From Marsupella aquatica (Eukaryota; Plantae; Marchantiophyta), in assembly GCA_973895155.1 (NCBI GenBank), contig OZ316899.1, positions 16,705,974 to 16,769,973 of the forward strand: a stretch of DNA of 64,000 nt. Reading direction: 5' to 3'. The stretch's first letter is position 1. Each line of letters starts with the position of its first letter. The notes under the pieces were generated by a model. The model did no database searches and was not told the origin of the DNA. It worked only from the letters and a program-made list of their open reading frames with translations. This document shows positions 1 through 11,498 of this stretch, piece after piece. The translations under genes were made by a program, and so were the position numbers.

Positions 1-757
1 CTCTGCTGCCGTGGAGGTTTCTCCTAGCACCGTTGCCTGGGTCCACCTTTCTGTGCTACCCTTCAATTCCTAGTGTATGTCGTTGCAGTTCTTGATGGCC
101 TCTCGAATGCCGATGATTCTGTCTTCGCAAAACAGAAGATCGTCGAGCTGATTGGAAGTAGGAGTCCACAAGAACTCATCCTTGATGAGTTTGCCTCCTA
201 AGAAAGCCGTCTTCTGCAGCTCCCACAATCGAGCGAGCTCTTGCCGTTCTCGAGCTGCCCTTTTTGATTCCTCATCCTCGTAAGTCTTGATGTACTCAGT
301 TGCCCGTTCGAACAGGCATCCCTAGAAATGTGCCACTTGATTGACGTTTCTCATACCCTCCTTAGGTCGATCATCATTATCTACTCTCTCTCCGAGTGCT
401 TGCCTAAGCAGCTGACAGTAGTTGGCCTCCCGTAGTCGTCTGCCTAGTTCGTGCCCTAAACCCTAAACCCTAAACCCTAAACCCTAAATGAGCCACCATC
501 TCTTGCAAGCGCTCCTTACCCCTCTCCTCTTCCGGTCCTTCCTCCCGTTGATCCTTCCTAGCTGCCGACGCTTAGCGCGCCCTAACCCTAATCGAGTTTT
601 CACCCCCAGCGTCCTTACCTCCAGCCTCGGCCCGGGTTCCATAGTCGCCCCTAATTGTTTATATTTTCCTTGTTTTGTCCCTATACTAAGGTGTTTCCAG
701 GGTGCATTCCTGCTTTACCCACTTAACTGGCCGAGTGATTCTTGTCTAGGCATCACA
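1..757 (-). mobile_element. Family-A ORF-bearing LTR, copy A0 (partial; continues left of the window)
   Basis: Colinear and highly similar to ~50804-51530. Ends at the same terminus ...TCTAGGCATCACA (TGTGATGCC on the minus strand). The ORF start is disrupted by TGG>TAG changes near 70 and 322. Confidence 0.9.
454..488 (+). repeat. Interstitial telomeric repeat (CCCTAAA)5
   Basis: Five perfect CCCTAAA units. Absent from the paralogous site in A2, which reads GTGCTCGCAAATGAG (~51254-51268). Confidence 0.97.
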
Positions 758-885
758 CCCTGATTGAGCATAAATCTCAATTTGCCAATCCGCCATCCCC
801 TACTCTACTCCCTCCCACTAACCCTACACATGCATCACATACACACACAACAAACTACTTTTAATAAACAATAGTCAATTATATA

Positions 886-3800
886 TCACAATTTACTCAC
901 ACTTTGAATGTATGCAGTCAAAGCTTGCAAGTCACTTGCATCTAGTACATACACTCTGTCAACTATCCCAGACTTCATTGTCAAGTTCACATTTGAAATT
1001 ACCATCTCAATATCAATCCATTGTCCATCTGTTGCATCATAAGTGAACAAAGTTTTGTTGTTACGAGTAGATTTGTACCAATTACACTGCAAGCGGCACA
1101 CACTTCCACTCTGTCCAATTGCAGGTATAGGCCTGTCCAACAGATCTATTGCTTTCCGACGTCTGACCCAATGGGAGTCATTCTTCTGTATCATAAACTC
1201 AATCCTACCCAACCAATATTCCTTCTTTGCAGATGTTGCGTCAACAACATGCCCTTTATCTATTCCCTTCCTCTTCTTTGACTTGGATGATCTGGTAGAA
1301 GGACCAACCTCTGCAGCAGACTCAAACAAAACTGCTATATCAGTACCAATGTCAACCAAACAAGTCACAGAGTCACCATTTTCCTTCTCCTTACCAGTAG
1401 TGTAATAGGTCTTCTGGGCTATCCTAGTTAGCCTATCCTTTGACATGAAAGGATTGCAGCACAATTGACTCACAAGAGTGGACTTGTAGATAGTCCTTCC
1501 CTCATAAGTTATAGTAGACACTACTGACCGGGGTGTCTGCACATCAGTTAAGTTTGCTTGAACTCCAGCCAAGACATGCCTTACTTCATGTCCTAGTGTC
1601 TCCATCTCACAAAATGGGTTAGTGTCCACCTCAATCGAACAATCATCAACTGTTAGTGGCTCAATACAATCCTGACTGTCTATAGTGTCCCATGAATCAA
1701 TCCGATTGAGATCTTCTTCAGGATCTTCAAACTCTAGAAACTCTCCAATTGGGGGCTCAGGTCTAGGGCCTACAGTAGATCGATCCTCAACTATGTCTTC
1801 AGCATCATCACATAACACAGCCTCTTTCATGACACTTGTATCCGGCCAAGTCTCTGCCTCCACCTCCCAAGGATGAACCCACCATCGTCTTTTTGCTGCT
1901 GGCAAAGAACTCCTTGGTGACATGTTCAGCTTGCACAACAAATCCTTTGCTTCCTGCAAACCTTCCTTTAGAGCATCAACAACCAGCTCATTAGTCTGAA
2001 CTGCAAAGTAATCAAATAAATTTGGAGCTTGTTCTCCTTCATCCAGAGGATGTAAAGTTGCCCAAACATGATCCTGTTTATCATGTGATCGACGTATCTT
2101 CAATCCCTCTGGTCCATACTCTAATCCAACTAGTCGATTCAGTCCCACTGCACTGTCTAGTAGAGATCCAAAGTCATAATTTCTCTCATGGCCACTCATG
2201 CCACCTACCTTGCTGAAAAATATTTCACAACAATCTGATCCCAACAAGTGAAATGGAACTTGCAGATATGGGAACTTGTCCCGAAAGGCACAGATTAACA
2301 ATACTACAAAATGACAAGACATGTTGATAGGGTTTAGGGCATATTGCTCAAAAGTACTTACAATCTTGTCATACCCTTCAGTACCTGCTCCAACCAGTAC
2401 TTCCAAGCCAAAAGAACATGTGTGCTCCTCTAAGGGGCCACAGAAACCAATGAGGGTGTCATATTTAGCTTCCCATCTGTCACACACAATACAAAACACA
2501 CATCAGCTCATGACGTGCAAACTCATCCAACACATTCAAAAGAACAAGCTAATTTACTACAGAGACAAAAACACAAACCTGGGTCTCTCTTTTATCCTTG
2601 TTTCATCCTCAGCAAACATTACTGGTACATCTCCTGAAATTCCAAGTGACTGCTTTGATGCACATAGTACTCTGCGCACCTCCTGGAATATCTCTTTTCA
2701 AATGCCAGCTCTAAAGGGTGGTAGTTTTGCTCTATCACGTTTCAAGGTCTTCAAACCTGGACTACCTAGGTTTGCCTAGAAACAATGAGCCACTTGTCTA
2801 CCTCCAAACTGGAACATGGCTTGGGAAAAGGCCTTGGTTCTCTTACTGTATCGATAACCCTTAGCAACTCTCTGCAAGTTCTTAGCTACATCTGTCAGGA
2901 AATCCCACAACCCTTCCTTGCCACCAAAAGCACCACGCTTATGTCCATTCACAATATTTCTCAGAAACAGTCTTAAATCTTTCCTATCATGGGCTACTCC
3001 TAATAAATCTTCTAGCTTCTTTTGCCTAACACTCAAGGCACAAATTTTCTAAGCCTGTTGTGCCAACAGCCAACGCTGTTTCCTAAAGCGAGTGTTGAGG
3101 TTACCAACATGTTCCCTCAGTTTGGTTTTGGTCAAGTATGCCAACCTCATCCCACCCTGTGTAGTCCTGTCTCCTCTCTGCACTAATGCTTCCGCTTCCC
3201 TGTGCACCCTGCCACAAAAATTATCTTCACGTTTTATTGAATCACATAGAGTGCAAGTGAGGTTTTGAAAACCACCTCCATTAATGGACACCCTGTGACA
3301 TTGCTTGTGCCTAAAACAACCATGTATACCAACAATTGACTGGCTAGTTACATTGAAAACCTCAGCACAGGTGGTACGGTCACAGTCCCAGACATTCCCT
3401 CCCTCTTGATCATCAAGTATGCCCTTCACAGCCATAGAATCCCCTGTCCACTTGACCTCTGACTCTCACAGGCCCCAACAAAGCAAACTTAAACTTGGCT
3501 CAACGGAGGAATACAACCCACCTCTGCCTGAACTGCTCCCTGCAGCAGAGCTGTCCTCTCTAAAGAAATTCAGAATAGAATTTTGAGATGGAAACATATC
3601 ACGAGCATCAGGCTTTCTTGGTCTCCCCTTCTTCCCTGCCCTCAATGCAGCCTGGGTACTGGTGATGACATTCTCAAGTGCATCCATATGATCCCGACTG
3701 ACAAGGTGTTGCCTTAAATTGTGTTCCAAATTGGATTTCTTAGGGCACATGTCAGTATGTAGCTTGCCACAGACTGTACATCTAACCTTAAACAGGAATG

Positions 3801-4674
3801 ACCTTTGTGCAAATGTTGGATCAGTGGGAGATGGTGTGACAGAGAACACTTCTACCACGCCACCCACCTCTGCATTCAACTTTCCAACTATTTCCACACC
3901 AGCCCCTATTTGCATACTATGATCAAACAGTGGTTGCTGTATAGTGTCAGCAGCCGTCACCAAAGCTCCAGCTAAACCCCTTCGCTTACACCAGTTCTCC
4001 TTGTGTTTAGGGTTGGTCAGGTGCTTTGTCTTGAAGTTGCTAAAGCAATTTGCGATGGACTTGAGCACCTGTGAAGTGGCTGCATTCCCATAAGTCTCCC
4101 TACACTCTAAGCATTCTAGATGACCTCGACACTCCCCTCCCTCATCCCATGTTCGCACTTTCCACTTGTGCTCACCAAAGCCCTTCTGGTTCACCCAGGA
4201 TCGTAGCTTCAACCACTCATCATTCCAGGCCTTTGATGCAGCCTCAGACATGAGGTGAGACTCAAAGGAGCCTGTGACAGGCTGTACAGTAGCCTGTACT
4301 GGCACCCCTTGTGTTTGTCCTTGAGACAATGGAGTCGTGCCTGCCACATTGGACACAGTGGCAGCAGATGAATGAGAGGAACCAATAGTGATCCTCTCAG
4401 CAGGCAAGGCAACTGAGGGTAACTCTGCAATCACGTAAATTGTCCCTTGAAGTTCAGTCACCCCAACAGTCTTTTCTGAAAAGCGTCGGACTCGACCAGG
4501 CAACCTCTCATCCCAAAAATCAAAGTCAAACTCTACTGCACCAACACATTTCAGATAAAAATCTGCCAGAGTCTGCCCTTCTTTGAAGGACATGACACAG
4601 ATTGGCGTATCAGGCTTTCCTCCCTCCTCACCCTTTTCTACCAATCTGACAGAGCTCATGCCTAGGTGTGCCAT
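886..4674 (-). pseudogene. P-element-superfamily (THAP9/Tnp_P-like) transposase with N-terminal C2H2-type zinc fingers
   Basis: ORFs 3466-4674, 3049-3435, 2776-3036 and the stretch down to 2579 share one frame with four in-frame stops. A GT..AG intron (2578-2477) joins them in frame to 886-2476. Motifs RYSKRTKAF, LGSPGLKTL, AEDETRIKERPRWEAKYDTLIGF (cf. FDEMxIxxxxxYDxxxDxxxGF) and GSDCCEIFFS (cf. QDxLExFFG). Zinc-finger patterns CLEC..H..H and CTVC..H..H. The central catalytic/GTP-binding part appears deleted. Confidence 0.75.
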
Positions 4675-4825
4675 GATGGACAGTTATACAGGCTGTGAAA
4701 GTAAGGGATAGGGATTAGGTACATGAACCTGTCATACAACAATGGACAGACATGAAAAAAGATCAGGACTCAAGTCAACCATTCACAATGTCATTTGAAC
4801 ACTCAATCTATTGTAGTCAATGAAA

Positions 4826-4945
4826 CTTACTTAAGTCCATTTCAGTTCATCAAGCTTCCACTTCGTTCAACCAAATACTTAAGTCCATTTCATTCAACCA
4901 AATACTTAAGTCGATCCATAGCATTCAACCAAATACTTAAGTATA
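4826..4945 (+). repeat. Short degenerate tandem repeat (TTCAACCAAATACTTAAGT, 3 full copies plus a partial one)
   Basis: Units at ~4866, 4894 and 4924, partial at ~4828; lies just upstream of the transposase ATG. Confidence 0.8.
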
Positions 4946-5103
4946 ATTTAGGTTGTCTTATGGGTCCACTACAAAAAAGGTTCAAGTTATAAGATGGTGG
5001 AATTAGTAGCAGTCATGCTGGTCTAGTCATGGGTACTTGGGATATCAGAACCCTCTGGGATGACATGGCGAGTACAGTAAATCATGCGCCACTATCCAAT
5101 GTC

Positions 5104-7118
5104 CTAGGTGTCTCGGCCCCTCACCCTTCTCCTCAAGTGCCTGTCTGTTGTTGGTCCTTCATTACGACACCATGCACGAGGGCATCTACGACATTGGACA
5201 AAATCCCAAATGCCCTCCCGATACTCCTTACAGACCTCACAGTAATGTCGTGGGCATATAAGAGCATCGGGATGTGCATCAGGGTTATCTGGATGGCAGG
5301 TGAAAGGCATTTCCCCCAATTGCAGAAGTGTCCGAAGACAACCCACATGGTAAAATGAGTAGCAGTCATCATGAGAACACTGGATCACAAGGGGCTCGTC
5401 TGTGGTGGGTCTCAAGGTTCTGCCAAGGAGTCCACAACCAGAACATCTTCCTCTGTTTTGCTGACAGAGGTCACAAAGCCAAGCTGCAGCCCAATCATGA
5501 CCTCTGGAAATGACAATCCGCTGACATGTAGGTCCATGGCCATCTTCCTCATCGGGGTTGTGGCCATCAACTACATAATGAAAATGGCGACCACAAGGGC
5601 CATCACAGAACAAAACAGTTCCTCCCTCATCACATTCAAAACAGCAAGGGGGATCCATACGAAGGTGCTCCCTATGCCCAAATCTTGGATCCAGCAACTG
5701 ACGAGCAATGTGTGCCATGCTGAACAAGATCTGCAAAATTACCTTCAAAAATTAGGGGTAGGCAGAGGGGCAGGCATGTGATGTACTAGAAGGAGCGATA
5801 GTCCACCAGCAATCATAGCCAGTAGGCACCACCAGGGGCATGACTTCCCTGTGGGCTCCTTTGATCCATCCTGCAATGTGAGCAATGCAGAATCAGAAGT
5901 CAACAACTTGAGTGTGCATCACCATCATGGGCAGAACCTGGACGTGTCCCACCACAGACACAATCATTGATGAAATGACAGGTGTTCCACGCCAGGCAAC
6001 CACCCCATGACATTCTTGCCATGTACTGTGCAAAAGTCTGCACTATGTTAGAGTCACCTCCCCTACAACGATCACATGTCTGGGTGTGACAATGGAGACA
6101 AGCCTCCAAGAAGACACGGTCCTCATCCAGCACCCCATCTGTCTGTTTAACTAGACGGATACTGTTTGGGGCTGGTGGGATGTACTTAGCCTCTGGTAAT
6201 GGTTGCGAGGCATAGATGGATAGCCCCAGGTCACAGCACAGTCTGTAGGCACGATCCCAGAATGGATCATCTTCACACGAAAGCGCTCACCCTTCTGTCG
6301 ATGGTACTCAGACAATACACTGCGTGTGACAACCATCTTCAATGCAGTACACAGAGATTGTGCCCACTCCAACAAAATGACAAGGCCACAACAAACAAGG
6401 TATCGGGATTGACCTTAGCAAGGGCCTGAACACAACCTCCCCAATGCCCGACTTCTACCAATTGATCCCTGCAAGAAAGAAAGGGAGTTGAAGTTATATT
6501 TCATGCATACAAGTATCAAACAAACATACAGAGTAGATAGTGTCCAAAAATAGACAGACTCCTATATGCAAACATTTGCATCAGACAAGCAGGTCTTTAT
6601 TATGTAAACTGCACCAAACACAGGGATACACTTGGAAAACGTAACCAGTCCTATATACATCTACGTTTTGGTATGATCAAGTTTACACTTTGCCAAAGGG
6701 CATTTGCCTCATCCTGTTTAATCATTTCTAGTTTCCTCTTGGTATTGTGAGCCTCAGATTCTACCTCAGTCAACATTAAGTTGAAAGGGCCTTCTTGCAG
6801 ACGTACCCCTACCTTTAAGGATTCACACATCCATTCAAATGAGACAACTTTCATTGCCTGATTTTGAACAAAGTGATTCACATCAGACCAGGACCATGTG
6901 GTCAGGACTGCTTTCCATGAATCGGCAACAATGTGAGTGGTCTTGGTGGATAGAATATCACATTGTCCACCATGACGTTCTATCAGCTTTCTGTGAAAGA
7001 CTTGAAAATGAGCTTTGGAAAATCCATTTTGAACTAAGATGGCATTCACGCCTTGGAAAATGGGGTTTGATACTGAACTAGGTGTGGCTTTTTGTGGAAT
7101 GGCTTGTCTACAACTCAT
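5104..7118 (-). pseudogene. Multi-exon gene: BRCT domain, possible PWWP-like segment, EDM2/NSD-type tandem PHD fingers
   Basis: 6651-7118 shows BRCT hallmarks (HGG, TTHIVAD, VVSFEWMCESLK). 5104-5748 has CFECDEGG..LFCDGPCGRHFH..WLCDLC..CSGCG..CSHDDCYSFYHVGC..CPRHYCEVC..CRRCPRAW, matching the EDM2-type PHD cysteine pattern. Candidate splice acceptors at 6469, 5871 and 5731. In-frame stops in the middle exon. Confidence 0.7.
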
Positions 7119-8149
7119 GGTACACTAAACCATAAACTATAAGAAACCGTCTGCTGCTCTGCAACAAAATGAAGCTTACTTGAATCCTCCAAACAGATGC
7201 CTAGAATTGCTGCTCTGTGATAATTCAATACAAAACCCCTGCACAAGTCCCACACACAACAAAAAGCTCAATAAAACATCAATAGTCTCAACATACACCA
7301 AAAGCTTAGTACAGTGAAAGTGAATGAGGACCGCAAACTCTCTCACTGTGACACTCTTTACAGTCTCACCAGAAATGCTTTGAAAAACAAAAATGCCAGG
7401 TTAAATAAACTGCGCAGGTAAAAAAAACCAGGTTCTCTATCACATTGACAAACAAGCTTTCTTTCATAGTCCGAGGGTCTGTCTGTCTACTATCAGTTTT
7501 CTGCTAACATGTTCCAACTCTGATAGTAGACCCCCCCTGAGAGACTGTCAGTTTTTTGCTAACTATGTGCATTCTGCTAAGCCAAGCTGCAAGTAAACAT
7601 AGTTAGCAGAATTTCATTCACTTTGGAACCCACAAAAAGAGTTGCTATATGAATAGCAATGTTCTTACCTTCACAGCACAGTCAATGCAGGATTGGATTG
7701 GATCTGATTTGGATGGCGAGCACCAATCACAACGAAGATCACGCACCGATCACCAACCAAGCAGCACTCACCAAGAAAGCACCGATGTCTCTTGCTGAGT
7801 TCACCCTAAATGGACAATCTTGCCAATGCGAGTGGGGATCAGATGCGCAACTTTTTAGAAGCTTCTATAACTGAACAAGCTGGATTTCAAGGTGGCTCTT
7901 TTCAAGGCAATGTAGGCACATAGGCTTGTGACTGTGACAACATAGACTCTGTTTGTATGGAAACTTCCAATTACAAACTCACAGGAGTGATAGATTCTAA
8001 CCTGGCAGATCAAACACTTCCTTCTATCTTCCGCCCTCACCAAGCATCCCTTTTGGGTCCGCGTCTGTCTGCAAGCAATATCACACAGCTCAACCCCGCA
8101 ACTAAAGAACCAGAAAACAACAGACATCCAACCAGCATTGCCCTCCGGA

Positions 8150-8768
8150 CCTCTTCAATGAAAGGAAAGACCACATCGCAGGTACAGAGGAAATGCTAGC
8201 AAAAAATAGCAACATCAATGTGCGACAACATTTGCAATAGGAGCGACCTCCAAGGGGACATAGAAGCTCAGAGTATCACCTTCTTTCTGCCAATCCAAGC
8301 TCTATAAAGTAGTGTCTGAAACCAAGTAGCAGTCGACCTCCACACGCCTCCACAGTCTACCTACTCTCCAAACTTGCACAGCAACAGTCCTTTCGCCCTC
8401 CGAACTTGCCACAACAGCAGTCCTCCCAATTGTCTCAAAGAGAATGGACGGACCTCTAAAGCCGTGGCAGTAACAGTCCTCGTGGCCTCCACAGTTGACT
8501 ACAGCTCCAGCTTGCAGCAACGCACAACAATCAACTTTGATTTCTCACAAAGAACATGGAGAGCCTCTGAACTCGCGCCAACAACAGTGCTCCCGACCTC
8601 CTCAATCAACTAGAGCTCCTCTTGAATGAAACAAAAAGACCACGTCGCAGGCAAAGAGGAAATGCTAGCAAACAAATAGCAATTGACATCAATGTGCGAC
8701 AGCATTTGCAAGAGGAGCAACCTCCAAGGGGCTACATAAGCTAGGAGCATCACCTGCTTTTTGCCAAC
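8150..8768 (+). repeat. ~140-bp imperfect direct repeat (8150-8293 and 8620-8768)
   Basis: Shared AAAGACCAC.TCGCAGG...GAGGAAATGCTAGCAAA...CATCAATGTGCGAC...ACCTCCAAGGGG blocks. Confidence 0.85.
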
Positions 8769-9004
8769 CTTTCTCTGTAGCATTGTCGTCCTCCTAACAC
8801 ATATCAGAAAGAAACATAAGAAGAAGCAGTACGCAGGGAAACAAGCAAAAAGCTATGGTGGAAACCTGATCAGTTTCTATCAAGCTTGATCCAAACCAAG
8901 TAACAGTCGGCCTCAACAATGTACCTCCTCTGAAAACTCGCACCAGAACTTGTGGCAACAGCAATACTCAGTCTACCCCGATCCTCTCCTTGGTCCTCTC
9001 CTAT

Positions 9005-9170
9005 GTCGCGGCATCGCAGCGTAGTCGAATGATCCTCCAAAGTCGCGGCAGCGCAGCGCAGTCCCGATTGTCACGAAGAAATTAAACTTGAAGATCCTCC
9101 AATGTCACGGTAGCGCAGCGCAGCCCTCTCGATTGTCACAAAGAGAGTCACGACAACGCAACGCAGCCCT
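9005..9170 (+). repeat. Degenerate GC-rich tandem motif (GTCGCGGCAGCGCAGCGCAG-like)
   Basis: Copies at ~9005, 9042, 9104 and a weaker one at ~9147. Confidence 0.7.
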
Positions 9171-9771
9171 CCCAATTCGCACAAAGAAAGTGAACATTGA
9201 GTTTGAAACTCAATGTTCGCGCGTCCTCCCCCATCCTCGGGCCCACAATCCCCATCTCTAAAGCCGCCACCCGGGCCATTATTAACCATTCGATCTTAAA
9301 CCCTAAACATGGACGGCCCTCGCAAACCCCGAGTGATATCATTGTTCCCCCGAGGGTCCCTTAACCCACTTTAGACCCCGTCCCAATAAATCAAAAACTG
9401 AAATCCTTCACAATATAGTTTTTGGACAAAAGTTTGGTTACAATAGGGCAAAAATTGAAACATTCATGTTGCAGCAAAAAATCATATGTACCACCTAAAA
9501 CCACGTGTTGCAATTACATGGAGACACGTGGTCCAACCTAAACATGACGCGTGTCGCATGAACATATGGCAATAAATTCCCTAACTTTCCTGGACACCTT
9601 CCGTGGAATATGTCCCATATAAAAAATGCCTATTGTTCTTTAAAGCATCCCAACAATTAAAACGGACCCTTTTGTTCTTCCACCAAACTTTGGAAGTCTT
9701 CCGCTGAACCCAATTAAATGGCCCTATACTTCGTCGCACGTGATGTGGCACTTCCGTGGAAGCGACCCCCC

Positions 9772-10365
9772 GAGCAAACGGAGAAATTGAAGAAGTATGT
9801 CGAAGCGGGATATGGATCACCAACTGAAAGGCTTCCCGTCAGTAGTATGGTAGGCAGAAATAAAGTGAAGTCGAGTCCGAAACCGAGCTCACTATTGTCA
9901 AGCATGACTGGGGGCAAAGCCATGCAGTTGGTGGCAGATTTGGCAAAGACGTTCATGGGGCCAGGCGATAATAAAGTTAAGCCCCTTAAAGCCACTCCAG
10001 AGGAAGTTGAGAGCATGGCCGCTCACATTTGTGGTACTGTGGCCCTGAAGGCAGTTGTGGTAGAGGTAAGTACTGTGGATCAACTTGGAGCTGCGGTAAC
10101 GGGTTTAGACGATGGTACTGTTTCTATGGACGCCCAGAACGTGAAGCCGTGGGTTATCGAGACCGAGCGCATCGGGGAGCGGGCTTGGATTGAGGAAGTT
10201 AAGGCAAAAGCTCTCAAAGTTGTTTCCCAGGAGGATGATGATGCAGCAGCCGATGTCGGGGCCGACAAACCAGAACCCGAAGTCGAGGAAGCCGAAGGGG
10301 TCAAGCCGGAGCCCATGGCAGGAGAAGGTGCAGAGTCGGAAGATTTGGACTTACCCCCGGTCTGA
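9772..10365 (+). pseudogene. C-terminal fragment of the LTR-encoded protein (family D)
   Basis: EVESMAAHICGTVALKAVVVEVSTVDQLGAAVT...KPWVIET aligns with A1 EVESMAPALCEVVAIKVAVLEVGQENQLGDAMT...QPWEDET. EQTEKLKK aligns with A2 NQTERLKK. Confidence 0.8.
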
Positions 10366-11275
10366 CAATTAAGGAGGGCCAGTCATCGGTTGGAAGGAGG
10401 ACGTGGCGGCAGGAGAAGGGCTTGGGCCAGAAGGGCGCAACCGTTGTAGGATGGGACAGGGCAAGTAGCGCCCTGTCGGCATAGGTAGTATTAGATGCTC
10501 GGTTCACACAGGGTTCCGAGCTAGTCAAGTTTTTAGGTGATAGTTGTTTAGTAGGACCATCGCGGGGGAAGGCCGTGAGTTGTGGTTAGGATTTCTGCCT
10601 TTTCCCCTGAATGCGCTGCAAGGATAAAAACCTGTGCAGCGTGGCTTGGGGGGCTTTTTCTTAGTCAAGGCTTTAGTGTAAATCTGTATTGTTGTGCACA
10701 AGAAGCTCTCGGCTAAATCTAGACCGCAGGGTATCAGTAAACCACCAGTTCCATTGGATTTCTGAGCAATTGTTTGAATTGAGTTGGCCTCGTTGCATAG
10801 TTCGCAGATTCTTGCCATCCAAGGAAGTGGAGTGTTATGATATCTGTTGCTTGATCGATTTAAGTTAGATAGGGTGAACTGTTGAGCAAAATATAATTGC
10901 ATTGTCTTGATTGGAGACTGCCCAATCAAACTCTGAGAGAAAAGTGAGGATTGAGAGTGTTTAGTCGGTGAAGTGTGGGTTGAGTTAGTCTGAAAAATAC
11001 CTTCAGCCGGCTTAAGAAATTAAGCCGTAGGGGTACATTCCGGGGGCGGAATACAAATATACTTGAAGAAGTTAAAGAGGAATTAGGTGTCTCAGTTGTG
11101 TACAATTCACAAGCCCAGTGAAAGAATCGGTCCGGTAAGTGTGGATCGAAGGAGAGGATCGCGTTTCCAAACCAAATAGCTGCCAGACGGCAAGAGGACG
11201 GACATAAACGAGTGGTTTATGATTGACTGAGGGTAGTTCTTGGGGTTAGAGGTCTTGGAAAATGCGCCACATTTT

Positions 11276-11292
11276 TGGCACTAGATGGAGGG
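11276..11292 (+). promoter_or_regulatory. Primer-binding site, tRNA-Asn-like
   Basis: TGGCACTAGATGGAGGG lies 4 nt after the LTR-terminal CA, with 2 mismatches to TGGCGCTAGAAGGAGGG (plant tRNA-Asn PBS used by Tat-group elements). Confidence 0.75.
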
Positions 11293-11498
11293 GGCATTCT
11301 TACTTGTGAATTGTTTGTTGCGCAGTGTTAGGTGATGAACGAATTCATACCACGGGAAGAGCGAGCAACACTGAGGGAAGAAGCGCGGTAGATAAGCAAC
11401 TGAAAGGCTTCCCGTCAGTAGTATGGTAGGCGGAACGAGTGGTTTATGATCGACTGAGGGTGGTTCTTGGGGTTACAGGTCTTGGAAAATGCGCCACA

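Larger units (their letters stand above)
758..9771 (-). mobile_element. Putative P-element-like DNA transposon (decayed; boundaries approximate)
   Basis: Contains a transposase pseudogene and a co-oriented accessory gene. Right edge placed where homology to the family-D LTR ORF begins (~9772). Left side abuts the A0 insertion. No TIR/TSD pair can be seen. Confidence 0.5.
9772..11498 (+). mobile_element. Family-D (A-related) Gypsy relic: 3' part of an ORF-bearing 5' LTR (to 11271), PBS, short leader, then deleted 3' LTR pieces ending at 11498
   Basis: The LTR end ...AATGCGCCACA occurs at 11271 and again at 11498. ~11397-11431 repeats ~9821-9855 and ~11435-11498 repeats ~11207-11271. Non-coding blocks match family A (AAGTTTTTAG, GAAGCTCTCGG, TTCCG-GGGG-CGGAA). 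Confidence 0.8.

Noticed and set aside
454-488. True chromosome end
   Set aside because: Only five units, with colinear TE sequence on both sides.
4826-4945. CRISPR-like repeat-spacer array
   Set aside because: Eukaryotic context, spacers only ~10 bp and related to each other, no cas genes; an ordinary degenerate tandem repeat.
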